DNA of 64,000 nt, taken from positions 576,001-640,000 of the forward strand of contig CAWCNY010000005.1 of NCBI GenBank assembly GCA_963797095.1. The letters run 5' to 3'. The notes under the pieces are model-generated. The model was given only the letters and a program-made list of their open reading frames with translations. It did not search any database and was not told where the DNA came from. The DNA is from an uncultured Chloroflexia bacterium. Lineage in GTDB: Bacteria; Chloroflexota; Chloroflexia; QHBQ01; JADMIH01. Position 1 is the first letter of the stretch; each line of letters opens with the position of its first letter. This document shows, piece by piece, positions 39,295 to 48,838 of this stretch. The position numbers and the translations under genes are program-made.

Positions 39295-40497
39295 ATGGCA
39301 CTCAATCCTACAGTGGCGCAAGGCGAGGTATTGCTACTGGGGCGGGCCTTGCACGCACCCTGGAACGAAGGCACACGCGTTATTGCGCGCAACCTGGCGG
39401 CAGTCGCCGGGCTGTTGAGGCCGGTACAGGTGATGTCGCTCACGCGTCGCGAGTTCGACAAGGGCAACGAGGATAGATCTGAGATGCCGGTCAGGCATAT
39501 TTATACGGGCGCGAACTACGGGGCGGTCGGTGACTATGCCAACCTGGGGCGAGTGATCGAGCAGACCAGACGGGTATTGAGCACCAACCGCGTAGCCATC
39601 GCCCACCTGATAGGGACGCCGCTGGCACTGGCACCATGGCTGCATTACCGGGGAATCAGGGTAGTCAATCACATCACTTTGTGCGAGCAGGTGTATATGG
39701 GGCACGTCGAGAGGATGCGGGCGCAACTTGGGTGGCAGATATACGACAGGTGGATTGATATGTATGCGGTCAGCTCACCGGCACTCGTGGGACCTGTACT
39801 TTCGCGTGGGATCAATCCCGCGAAAGTGTGCGTTGTGCCAGCGCCGGTGGACACGGGAATATACAGCCCTGACAACCGCGAACAGACGCGGAGATCGCTT
39901 GGCATCGGCATGGAAGACCTGGCTGTGGTGTATGTTGGAACGCTTTCACCAATGCGCTTCCCGGTGGAGACGATACGGAAGGGATTGGAACGTGCCTCGT
40001 GGAGGGCAAGGAGAAAGGTGCGGTTCTTCGCGTTCGCACCCAACGCTACTCACAGCTACAATCGCTCGTGGAGCGAGGAGGTACGCCAGGCGCTGGCTGA
40101 TATACCCGATGTGGAGGTAAACGTTACGCTTGGCGACCTGAGCGACACCGATAAGGCCCGCTGGTTCCGAGCTGCGGACGCGGTGCTTGTGCCTTTTACA
40201 GCACCCGTGGCGATCGAGCCGCCGCTCACCATGCTGGAAGCAATGGCTTCAGGGGCTGTGGTAACTGCCACGCCGTTTGCCAACCGGTCGGAGAGCATTA
40301 CCAGAGGGGTGAACGGTTATATCTATTCGACGGGCGAAGAGCTTGAGGATACGCTGGTGCACGTGCTTCGTCACACCAACAGCGCACATCTGAAAGAGAT
40401 GAAGCGACAGGCTCGCGAGACAATCGTGCGGCAATATGGTTTTGCTACAGTCGCTGCCAGTGTTGCGAATGTTTGGAGCAGGTTGGAGCGCCAATAA
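39295..40497 (+). CDS. Glycosyltransferase family 4, divergent
   Basis: APWNEG and IEPPLTMLEAMASG. Confidence 0.82.
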   Translation: MALNPTVAQGEVLLLGRALHAPWNEGTRVIARNLAAVAGLLRPVQVMSLTRREFDKGNEDRSEMPVRHIYTGANYGAVGDYANLGRVIEQTRRVLSTNRVAIAHLIGTPLALAPWLHYRGIRVVNHITLCEQVYMGHVERMRAQLGWQIYDRWIDMYAVSSPALVGPVLSRGINPAKVCVVPAPVDTGIYSPDNREQTRRSLGIGMEDLAVVYVGTLSPMRFPVETIRKGLERASWRARRKVRFFAFAPNATHSYNRSWSEEVRQALADIPDVEVNVTLGDLSDTDKARWFRAADAVLVPFTAPVAIEPPLTMLEAMASGAVVTATPFANRSESITRGVNGYIYSTGEELEDTLVHVLRHTNSAHLKEMKRQARETIVRQYGFATVAASVANVWSRLERQ

Positions 40498-40498
40498 T

Positions 40499-42286
40499 AT
40501 GGTAAGCATCTCTACGCAGGAGAAGATTGCTAGCCTGGACGCCGGGAAAAGCGCGAGAGAAATATCGTTTGTTTCGACGCGTGCACTGGCTATGGTGCAG
40601 ATGGTGTGCCTGGTGGTGCTGGCCGGGTGCGGCTTTGGCTCGATCCTGGCGCTCCGCGAGGCGGAGTGGCTCTTGCGGCCAGGCGAACTTGACCTTGCGA
40701 GCGCCCTGCCGACACCCTACTGGCTAATGCTGGCAGTCGGAACGTTGGCCGGGATCATCATCCTGTTGAAGTCGGATTCGGACGCGGCACGAACGGCTGC
40801 TGTGGCGGGGATCGCGTTTCTGTTTGGACCTGCTTTCTTGCTCGGTATCTATCCGGGGGTGGCGGGGTGGGATACTTACTTGCATGCCGCTCCAGCGAGC
40901 ACGCTGCTGGCTGGGCAGGGGATCCCGGCTAATAACTATTACGCTGGGCAGTACCCAGGCACCGCAAGTCTGCTGGCGATTGTATCAGGTGCGACTGGGC
41001 TTAGCCCCGTAGAAGGGGGGATACTGGTCACGGCGGGGGCGGGGATAAGTTTGACGCTGCTGTGGATGGGGATTGCCCGCCACTGGCTCGATTCGCGAAC
41101 TTCAGCATGGGCAGCACTGGGGGTGCTGGCGCTCACGCCCGCTATCTTGACCAATGACCATATCTCGCCGTGGAATGTCAGCTATGTGCTGGTGTGGGCG
41201 ATGGTGCTGTTGCTGTTGGTGGGGGTGGAAAGCCCGCGAGCATGGATGCAGGCGAGCGTAGGCGCGCTGCTCCTCGGAGGGGGCACAGTGGTTGTGCACC
41301 CGTTCATGCCGATCGTGGCGACAGTGCTCGCGGGTGGGTGCGCTTTGCTGGCGTGGAGGCGAGGGTCGATCCAGGGCAGCGCAGCGGGCTGGTTCGCGCT
41401 AATGCTAGCGGTGGCGGCAACCGCCTGGACGATATATGTGGCTACGCAGTACTTCGGGACGGGAGTAGCCTTCCTGAAGAATGTGCTGCTGGGAACGCAG
41501 GATGTGGCAGACCAGTGGACAGGGCTTTCGACATATGAAGTGCTCAAGCGCGCTTCGACGCCCGCTTTGAGCATTATCGCGCTGAGATGGGCTGGGTATG
41601 CCGGGGCTGGAGTGCTGGCGCTGACCGGGCTGGTGCTGCGCAGGACGCGACGGGACGTAGGCGGAGTGCTTATGATCGTGGCGGCGAGCGTGGCTTCGCC
41701 TCTTGTAGGTTTCGCGTCGGAAGCCCCGTGGGTGCAGCGCTTTCTATATCTCGCTCCGCCACTGCTGGTGATGGCCGCCGCTATTTCGTTGAAGGGGTGG
41801 GCAGAGCGACTCAATATGGGTAGGCGTGCCGGGCTGGTGGGGGCACTCTTGATGGGCGCGTGGCTGGTGGGGAGCACCCTCGTGTGGCACCCTCCTACGC
41901 TGGTAAATAGCGTACACCCTGAGGAGTCGACCTTTGTGGTGTGGCCACAGGAGACGGCTGCCGCACGGTACGTGGCAAATCTCAATGCGAACGGGCCTGT
42001 GAGCGTAGGCAGTGATTTGCAGACGATGATCATCTACTCTTACTTCAAACCGAATTATTCACCGTTTGATCACGGTATATCGATGGGGTCAAATCTGACG
42101 GAGCAACTGGGACAGAACATGTTTATGTTCGATGGAGAGTATGTTATCAGGTCGGGCAGGCAGGAAATGGTGAGCTATGGGGCTCAGGATATGGACCCCG
42201 GCTTCTGGCAGGGACTCGACCACAACTTGAATAGTTATAGCGAGAGGATTTACGACAACGGGTTTGTGCAGGTTTACAGGCGGTGA
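40499..42286 (+). CDS. Polytopic membrane protein, GT-C/DUF2206-like polymerase or transferase
   Basis: About 13 TM helices, first-loop GWDTYLH...YYAGQYPG, and an extracellular C domain ending RIYDNGFVQVY. Confidence 0.55.
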   Translation: MVSISTQEKIASLDAGKSAREISFVSTRALAMVQMVCLVVLAGCGFGSILALREAEWLLRPGELDLASALPTPYWLMLAVGTLAGIIILLKSDSDAARTAAVAGIAFLFGPAFLLGIYPGVAGWDTYLHAAPASTLLAGQGIPANNYYAGQYPGTASLLAIVSGATGLSPVEGGILVTAGAGISLTLLWMGIARHWLDSRTSAWAALGVLALTPAILTNDHISPWNVSYVLVWAMVLLLLVGVESPRAWMQASVGALLLGGGTVVVHPFMPIVATVLAGGCALLAWRRGSIQGSAAGWFALMLAVAATAWTIYVATQYFGTGVAFLKNVLLGTQDVADQWTGLSTYEVLKRASTPALSIIALRWAGYAGAGVLALTGLVLRRTRRDVGGVLMIVAASVASPLVGFASEAPWVQRFLYLAPPLLVMAAAISLKGWAERLNMGRRAGLVGALLMGAWLVGSTLVWHPPTLVNSVHPEESTFVVWPQETAAARYVANLNANGPVSVGSDLQTMIIYSYFKPNYSPFDHGISMGSNLTEQLGQNMFMFDGEYVIRSGRQEMVSYGAQDMDPGFWQGLDHNLNSYSERIYDNGFVQVYRR

Positions 42287-42287
42287 T

Positions 42288-43391
42288 ATGAACACAACAA
42301 TGCAAACAAGAGGCATAGCGATTACAGGAGCGAACAGCAAGTATGACCAAGCGCTTACGCACGGGTACTTCGGCAGCGAGGCGACCGGGCTGAGGCCGGA
42401 CAGGATGACGATGGCTCAGGCACTGCAGTTGAAGGCGAACAAGTGGAGCGTGTTGGCCGCAAACGAGGCGGATAGTTATGCGCATCGTGCCGAAAGCGCG
42501 GGCAAGGCCAACAGCGTGGCGGAGTTGATCGGGCAGCAGGGCACGCAGATGAGCGCGTGGGCGGAACTGCTGGCGGACGCGGTGCAGATGTTCGAGTCGG
42601 TAGCTGCGAGTTGGACGCTGATGAAGGCGCTCGCCTCGCCCTTCGCGCTCATGTCAGATATTGACTTCCTGGTGCCGGAGCCTGTGGATATAGCGCGGAT
42701 AACGCTTGAATTGGAGATACGAGGTTTCCGGTTGTACAGATTCCGGTTGCTGGCACACCCACTGAAAGTGATGGCAGTGCCTGATAGACAGGACATCAAA
42801 CAGCCTCCGGCTATAGATATTTACCCGGACGGGATGTGGGTCAGGAAACATGTGATCGACGGCCCCGGAGTGGTGGAACGCAGGAACGCGGATGAGGTAC
42901 GGGGGATCAAGGTATATTCGCCAAGCCCAGCAGACGATCTTTATCTGGTGGCGACGCATGCTTTTTCTCATGGCGCGATTTCGCTCGCCGAATTGGACCA
43001 CGGGACACGATTGGCGGCGGAAGGCGGCAGTTGCTTCGATTGGGACCAGGTGGTTAGGATGGCGGAAGTCTTCGGCTGCCTAAACTCGGTATATGTGTAC
43101 CTGGGGCTGATAGAGAGGATATGCGAGGCGCTTGGACAGGATCGGGTTGTGCCTAAGAGCGTAGTGAAGTCGCTGGCACAGCGGGCGGTGAACAGGCCGA
43201 TAGAGGGTTGGCTGAAGCGGGCGGGCGAGAGTCTTGAGTTTCCACTGCGAGTACCGTTGTGGATCAGCACGGTTCGTTCGGCGCTCTATCATTTGCCGGC
43301 TGTGCTTGGAAAGCTTCGCCCGCGGGAACTGGTGATGGACGCTGCGGTACATGGGTTCGCGGTGGGCACGCACCTTATGAGGAGGGATTAG
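42288..43391 (+). CDS. Nucleotidyltransferase family protein (NTP_transf_5-like)
   Basis: LMKA...MSDIDFLV (DxD), then LYLVATHA...L-E-LD. Confidence 0.65.
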   Translation: MNTTMQTRGIAITGANSKYDQALTHGYFGSEATGLRPDRMTMAQALQLKANKWSVLAANEADSYAHRAESAGKANSVAELIGQQGTQMSAWAELLADAVQMFESVAASWTLMKALASPFALMSDIDFLVPEPVDIARITLELEIRGFRLYRFRLLAHPLKVMAVPDRQDIKQPPAIDIYPDGMWVRKHVIDGPGVVERRNADEVRGIKVYSPSPADDLYLVATHAFSHGAISLAELDHGTRLAAEGGSCFDWDQVVRMAEVFGCLNSVYVYLGLIERICEALGQDRVVPKSVVKSLAQRAVNRPIEGWLKRAGESLEFPLRVPLWISTVRSALYHLPAVLGKLRPRELVMDAAVHGFAVGTHLMRRD

Positions 43392-43663
43392 TGAACGTCA
43401 AACGCACAATCGTTGACAAATCGCTTGGCGTGTTTGGGATGGCCGGGTGTGCCGGATTGGCGCTGGTGGCAGTTCGGAGTTTGGGCACGAAGAGTGTGGT
43501 TGGCACGGCTGGGGGCGGAATGTCGTTGCTGGCTTCGACCGTGATGTTCTACTTCGGATGGCTGCTATTGCGCTATCCCGCTGAGAGGCTGTCGGCGGCA
43601 AGGGATATAGCACGTGACGCCGAGAAGCAGGGCGGACCACTCACACCTCGTTGGAAAGGTTAG
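43391..43663 (+). CDS. Small two-TM membrane protein
   Basis: The GTG start overlaps the upstream stop, with a GAGGAGG RBS; it fills the operon gap. Confidence 0.6.
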   Translation: MNVKRTIVDKSLGVFGMAGCAGLALVAVRSLGTKSVVGTAGGGMSLLASTVMFYFGWLLLRYPAERLSAARDIARDAEKQGGPLTPRWKG

Positions 43664-44364
43664 ATAGAGAAATGCTTGGCGACCGTCTCATTATGATCTC
43701 CGGTATAGATGGCAGCGGCAAATCGAGCCACCTGTCGTGGATTGCCGCTGCGCTGCGCGCCGATGGACAGCCTTACAGATATGTGCGTATGCGCTGGTCT
43801 GCGTTTACCAGTTATCCCTTGCTGGGGGTTGCCCGAATGATGGGGTACGCACCGCGTGAGTACAACAAACGCTCGCAGAGCGTGGTGATCAAGCATCGCT
43901 ACGATGAGAGTGCGATGATGCACAAGCTGTGGCCGATGCTGTTCGCCTTCGATACTGCCATCAACGCCTCCAAGAAGGTGATACGGCCTTTGGAGCGTGG
44001 CGAGTGGGTGCTGTGCGATAGGTATGTGGTGGATGCAATCGTGGATGTGGCAGCTATGCTCAAGGACGAGAACCTGCTACGCGGCAAGTTCGCAGATAAG
44101 CTACTTTCACTGGTCCCGCAAGGCACGCGCAAGCTGTTTCTGGATACCGACCCTATGGTGGCCTTTGAGCGCAAGCTGGATATACCGGAACCGGAATTTG
44201 TGCTGTATCGCAGGCCGCTGTATGGAAGGCTTTCGGCGCTTACCCAAACTCCTGTGATAGATGGCAACCGATCTTATGAGAAGATACAGGAAGATATAGC
44301 CAGGATAGTGGGTTTTGGGCCGCTCGCCGAGCATAGAGGGGTTATCCCTGAGGGGATAGCATGA
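43651..44364 (+). CDS. Thymidylate-kinase-like P-loop kinase
   Basis: SGIDGSGKSS Walker A and LCDRY. Confidence 0.75.
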   Translation: MERLDREMLGDRLIMISGIDGSGKSSHLSWIAAALRADGQPYRYVRMRWSAFTSYPLLGVARMMGYAPREYNKRSQSVVIKHRYDESAMMHKLWPMLFAFDTAINASKKVIRPLERGEWVLCDRYVVDAIVDVAAMLKDENLLRGKFADKLLSLVPQGTRKLFLDTDPMVAFERKLDIPEPEFVLYRRPLYGRLSALTQTPVIDGNRSYEKIQEDIARIVGFGPLAEHRGVIPEGIA

Positions 44365-45734
44365 AGATGGGGTATCGAGTACCGAGTGCCGAGTACCGAG
44401 TGGCGACACCGGTCGGGGGCGCAACACCGAGCGTGCATAGCTCGCTGTGGATGCGGCTGCATTCGCGCGCGCCTCTGCTTGTCAGCAGCGGGACGGCCTT
44501 CCTGGGTACGACATTGACGGGGATACTGGGGTTTGTGTTCTGGGTGATCGCGGCTCGGCTCTATCCGGCATCGAGTGTTGGGCTCGCCAGCGCGGCAATC
44601 TCGGCCATGTTCCTGGTTGGGAACCTGGGAAGGCTGGGGATGGATTACGCCCTGGCGCTCCACCTGCCACAGCAGGGCAATAAGGAGCGGAGGCATACGA
44701 CCGCATTGGTGACGTTGGGCCTGGTGGGCATCGCAAGCGCGGCGTTTGGGCTGCTGTTCATCTTGCAGGGAGCGTTCAGCAGCGAGGTGCGCAACATGCT
44801 GGTCGAAAACGGCTGGCTGGCGGTGGGGTTTGTGCTGGCGTGCGGGGCGTGGGGGCTTGGGCTGGTGCTCGAACAGTTGCTGCTGGTCGGGAGGTATGGG
44901 GGACTGGTGCTGGGGAAGAACGCCGCCTTCTCGGTTGGACGGATCGTGGCTCTGGTGATCCTGCTGCCGCTCGCAGGCGAACGATACGGTATCGTGGCTG
45001 CTACGCTGCTGGGCGTGGGAGCGGGGGTCGCGGTGGTTTGGGCTGCGTTCAGGACCCGTATGGCCTATTCTTTCGGATCGATGCGGGAGAGCGTAGGCGA
45101 GGTGGCAAGGCTAGTTGGAAGCTCAGGCTTCGGGAACTATGTACCTGCGCTGGTGGCAGGACTGCCCGGCTGGCTCCTCCCCGTGACTGTGCTGGACCGA
45201 GCGGATAGCGCCAGCGCCGCCCATTTCTATACAGCATGGATGATAGTGACATTGGTGAACTCGGCACCGGCTGCGCTGGCTTCTGGGATGCTGGCCGAAG
45301 GGTCGCGTGTACGCGAAAGCAGCCGAGCGCTCATATTGAAGGCCTATAAATACGCAGCAGTGGTGATGGTGCCAGCTGTGGCCGTCCTGTTTGTGGCGGC
45401 GGAGCCGATCCTCAGCATATTTGGGAGCGGCTATTCGGAGAGTGGAGCGGAACTGCTACACTGGATGGCGCTCGGCAGCATACCTTACGCGCTGGTGCAG
45501 GTCAACGCAATCAAGCTGCGTTTGGACGGCAAACTCGGCGCACTCGTTGTAGCGGCTGCTCTGCTCAGCAGCATCTGCCTGGGCGGCAGCTATTTCGCGA
45601 TACCGGTATTCGGCCTGGAGTCGGTTGGAATAGCCTGGATGGCAGGCTCGGTATTGGCTGGCATTGTGAGCATTTGGCCTCTCTTGCCTACAATCTTTAC
45701 ACGCGGAGAAAAGACACAATGGCTGCAAGCGTAA
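44361..45734 (+). CDS. Wzx-type polysaccharide flippase
   Basis: LGFVFWVIAARLY...VGLASA, FYTAW and ILSIFG; about 12 TM helices. Confidence 0.85.
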   Translation: MKMGYRVPSAEYRVATPVGGATPSVHSSLWMRLHSRAPLLVSSGTAFLGTTLTGILGFVFWVIAARLYPASSVGLASAAISAMFLVGNLGRLGMDYALALHLPQQGNKERRHTTALVTLGLVGIASAAFGLLFILQGAFSSEVRNMLVENGWLAVGFVLACGAWGLGLVLEQLLLVGRYGGLVLGKNAAFSVGRIVALVILLPLAGERYGIVAATLLGVGAGVAVVWAAFRTRMAYSFGSMRESVGEVARLVGSSGFGNYVPALVAGLPGWLLPVTVLDRADSASAAHFYTAWMIVTLVNSAPAALASGMLAEGSRVRESSRALILKAYKYAAVVMVPAVAVLFVAAEPILSIFGSGYSESGAELLHWMALGSIPYALVQVNAIKLRLDGKLGALVVAAALLSSICLGGSYFAIPVFGLESVGIAWMAGSVLAGIVSIWPLLPTIFTRGEKTQWLQA

Positions 45735-46495
45735 AGTCTAAATCGAGATTGGCCGGTCGTAGCGACATCTACTTCTGTGCCCTGGGCGGCTTTTCGCTCG
45801 GCCTCTACGCGATACTCACCCATTTTTGGGTGATCGACAGGGGCCCACTGGGTGAAGTGCCCACAGCTATGCTCGGCGCGGGGTTGCTGGTATTTCCAGG
45901 GTATAGCCTATGCCGTGCACTGGGCCTTGACCAGCATGGGACGGCTGTGTTGGGTGGGCTTTCATTCGCGCTGAGTCTGGCATTGCTGGCCGTGGCAGGC
46001 GCGGGCGCGTGGCTCATGGTGCAAGAGCTTGACATTACAGCTATCGAGACAGCGGTGCTGGCTCTCACTATTAGCTTTTGCGCTGTCGCGGCTTTGCGCA
46101 GCACAGAGGTGGATGGTGCCCTGAAGGGCGCGCCTGAGCGATGGACCGCGTTGGGATTGGTGCTTGTTCCGCTCCTCGTTGGGGCGGTGGCATTCAGCCC
46201 CGACCTGCCGGTGACCGCCGCAGCACGGCACACCGAGTTCTATTTGAATACGCATACCACGCCACTTACCGTGGATATCTACAATGCGGAAGGCAGGACT
46301 GTAACTTATACACTGGTAGCAGACGACGGCCACAGGCAGGAGAGCATCGGACCTATTGACCCTGGGGTGGATGGGCGTTGGGAAGGCAAATCACCAATCG
46401 CACCACCCGTGGGAGGCACATTGCACCTGTACCTGTACCGCTATGGAACACACCAACCCTATCGCTTGCTGGTGATAGCGGGCGACAACCCATGA
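45719..46495 (+). CDS. DUF1616-like membrane protein
   Basis: VFPGYSL, LSFALSLAL, TEFYL, NAEGRTVTYTL and PYRLL; 5 TM helices plus a small beta domain. Confidence 0.7.
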   Translation: MAASVKSKSRLAGRSDIYFCALGGFSLGLYAILTHFWVIDRGPLGEVPTAMLGAGLLVFPGYSLCRALGLDQHGTAVLGGLSFALSLALLAVAGAGAWLMVQELDITAIETAVLALTISFCAVAALRSTEVDGALKGAPERWTALGLVLVPLLVGAVAFSPDLPVTAAARHTEFYLNTHTTPLTVDIYNAEGRTVTYTLVADDGHRQESIGPIDPGVDGRWEGKSPIAPPVGGTLHLYLYRYGTHQPYRLLVIAGDNP

Positions 46496-46532
46496 ATGGG
46501 GGCCTAAAGGGAGGCAACGAGAGGTCACTAAG

Positions 46533-47531
46533 ATGTCTATACTACGCAACAAACCTACACTACCTTATTGGGGCTACTTGCTGGCGGCTACCGCCGGAGA
46601 GGTGGCTGCGGTGTATGTGCCACTGCTTGGGCTGGGTATCTACACGGCGCTCTTGATCGCCATGCTCACGCAAGGTGTGATGTCGCGAGATGATGACAGG
46701 TGCAACCTGGCCCTTGCCCTGGTGCCTGCGCCGTTGATCCGCCTCCTTTCGCTTACTATGCCTCTCCTTGATTTCCCGCGGGTCGCGTGGTACCCAATGG
46801 TGGCGGTTCCGCTGATAGTCGCGGTATGGCTCATAGCGAGACAAGCCGGCTTCAGTCGTGGCGACCTGGGCCTTCGGATCGGTAACCTGCCAGCACAAGT
46901 GTTGGTGGCACTTTTCGGACCGGCTCTTGGAATTATCGAGTTTGTCATCCTGAAACCCGCTCCGCTCACACGCTCGGAGGATATCTATGAGATCGGGTTT
47001 TACAGCCTGGTGCTCCTGATCTTCACCGGGCTGAACGAGGAGTTGATCTTCCGGGGGCTGATGCAGGCTGCCGCCGGGCGGGTGCTGGGCCGCAGCGCAC
47101 TTCTGTTTGTGTCAATCTTGTTCGGGGTGCTGCACATCGGTTATATGTCGGTGCCGGACCTCGTATTTGTGACGGGGGTGGGGCTTGCGTTCGCGTACCT
47201 GGTACGCTGGGGAGGCTCTATCCTGGGCGTCACCCTCGTGCACGGACTTACTAATATTACGCTGTTTATAGTAGCACCCCTTGCCCTGGCTGATATGGGA
47301 TCGGATGCCGCTACCAGCCTCTTTGCGGTAGCAGGAGCCGGGGTGTTGTTCGCGAGCATCGGCACATTTTGGATATATCGTTCGGCGCGCCGAGACAACG
47401 AGGCAGCTGCGCAACAGGAAAAACCCACCTATCTGGAGAAGCCCGGCGACCTACCAATTGCTTATGCAAGGTCGAAGTATGTAACCAAAATACTTACCGA
47501 CACATTGCTGGCTTCGATTGTTCAACAATAA
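46533..47531 (+). CDS. CPBP (Rce1/Abi, type II CAAX) intramembrane glutamic protease
   Basis: EELIFRG, FGVLH and HGLTN catalytic motifs are all intact. Confidence 0.9.
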   Translation: MSILRNKPTLPYWGYLLAATAGEVAAVYVPLLGLGIYTALLIAMLTQGVMSRDDDRCNLALALVPAPLIRLLSLTMPLLDFPRVAWYPMVAVPLIVAVWLIARQAGFSRGDLGLRIGNLPAQVLVALFGPALGIIEFVILKPAPLTRSEDIYEIGFYSLVLLIFTGLNEELIFRGLMQAAAGRVLGRSALLFVSILFGVLHIGYMSVPDLVFVTGVGLAFAYLVRWGGSILGVTLVHGLTNITLFIVAPLALADMGSDAATSLFAVAGAGVLFASIGTFWIYRSARRDNEAAAQQEKPTYLEKPGDLPIAYARSKYVTKILTDTLLASIVQQ

Positions 47532-47552
47532 CCCTGAGAAGGAGGTGATAAG

Positions 47553-47783
47553 GTGACCACAACAGTTACGACAACTACAGTTACTACCCTGGCGCAGGCC
47601 GCTGCACTGGGCGTGGTGGCGGTGATAATCTTGCTGGCGTTGTTAGCCAACAAGCAATTCATCGCCAACAGCTCGAATGAGCGCCTGCAACGACTGAGCA
47701 AAACGCTTAACGTGGCAATAGTGCCGTTCATGATAGTGTTCGCGGTAATTGCGACCGTCAAGTTTGTTACTGCACTAAGCTAG
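47553..47783 (+). CDS. 76-aa protein with a Thr-rich N-terminus and two hydrophobic helices
   Basis: Perfect AAGGAGGT RBS (47539-47546); MTTTVTTTTVTT followed by a helical hairpin. Confidence 0.8.
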   Translation: MTTTVTTTTVTTLAQAAALGVVAVIILLALLANKQFIANSSNERLQRLSKTLNVAIVPFMIVFAVIATVKFVTALS

Positions 47784-47892
47784 TTATGCATATGGTTCAA
47801 CATAGCCTGTGATCAAAGCGGTCAAGACATGCCCTGGCCATGCGAGCGTTTTGGAACGCATGGGAATGTCGCCTGACGGCAGGATAAAATAT

Positions 47893-47941
47893 CGTTTGCA
47901 CCTTGAGTGTGGGGCGGGGAATGCCTCGCCCCGTGCAAACG
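47893..47941. repeat. REP-like long hairpin downstream of the operon
   Basis: CGTTTGCAC...GGGGCGGGG/CCTCGCCCC...GTGCAAACG. Confidence 0.55.
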
Positions 47942-48106
47942 CCAAACCAGCAGATCACCACAGGGGTGTGGTGTTTTGCACAGTTGCAATCTTGCATCTT
48001 CTGTGTTAGTATTGTACTGTGCTAGCTGATGAGGATGGGCTGGCGGAGACTCAGGCGTATAGCTCAAGCAATCAGGCTCGAGTAGCTCGAAAAGGCGAGC
48101 AAGAAG

Positions 48107-48742
48107 ATGATCTATGATTTTGGTCCGCGCGCTCAGTGGGTCTATACGGTACTACGTGAGCGAATAACAAGCGGGGAGTTTACGCCGGGGATGCGCCTGC
48201 CATCTCATACTGAGTTGGCGGCGGAGTTCGGCGTTGCGCCACTCACTGTGCGACAGGTGCTGTCGCGCCTCGAAGAAGAGGGAATCGTATCGCGCCAACA
48301 AGGGCGCGGTACTTTCGTTCGCGAACAAACCATCCCGGCGGTGCTGATCGCAGAGGACGACCCTGAAATGTCGGCTTTGCTCAGCGCTCACGTCCAGAGG
48401 GCAGGATACAGACCACTCACGGCATCTAACCCGGCGGATGCGATGCAGATACTACAGAACGATCAGAACATCGCACTTATCTTCAGCGACGTGCGAATGC
48501 CTGACCGGGATAGTGGCATCGACTTCATCCGCACGGTACGAAGGCGCTGGTCTCAACTCCCACTGGCCGCTGTAACCGGTTTTCCGGAGGATCTATCGGA
48601 GTTGCATGGCACACCCAAATCACCGGTGCTGATCCTACCTAAGCCTGTGTGGGCGCACCAGATACAGGAAGCCCTACGACTGGCCCTCCGCACAACCTAC
48701 AATAACATGAATTTCGAAAGACCTCACCAGCAGAACCCCTGA
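48107..48742 (+). CDS. GntR wHTH fused to a C-terminal receiver domain
   Basis: RLPSHTELAAEFGVAPLTVRQ...QGRGTFV, then AEDD, FSDVRMP, VTG and PKP. Confidence 0.88.
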   Translation: MIYDFGPRAQWVYTVLRERITSGEFTPGMRLPSHTELAAEFGVAPLTVRQVLSRLEEEGIVSRQQGRGTFVREQTIPAVLIAEDDPEMSALLSAHVQRAGYRPLTASNPADAMQILQNDQNIALIFSDVRMPDRDSGIDFIRTVRRRWSQLPLAAVTGFPEDLSELHGTPKSPVLILPKPVWAHQIQEALRLALRTTYNNMNFERPHQQNP

Positions 48743-48838
48743 TACGCACACAACACATGCTTGATGAGTAGAAGATAAGCCATCGCGAAGTGTAATGGAA
48801 TAGATCGTGCTAACCCACTCCTTTAGATCGGGTCAGTT

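Noticed and set aside
47784-48106. Possible c-di-GMP riboswitch before the signalling block
   Set aside because: No GEMM-type consensus was found; the hairpin resembles the REP-like palindrome at 24168.
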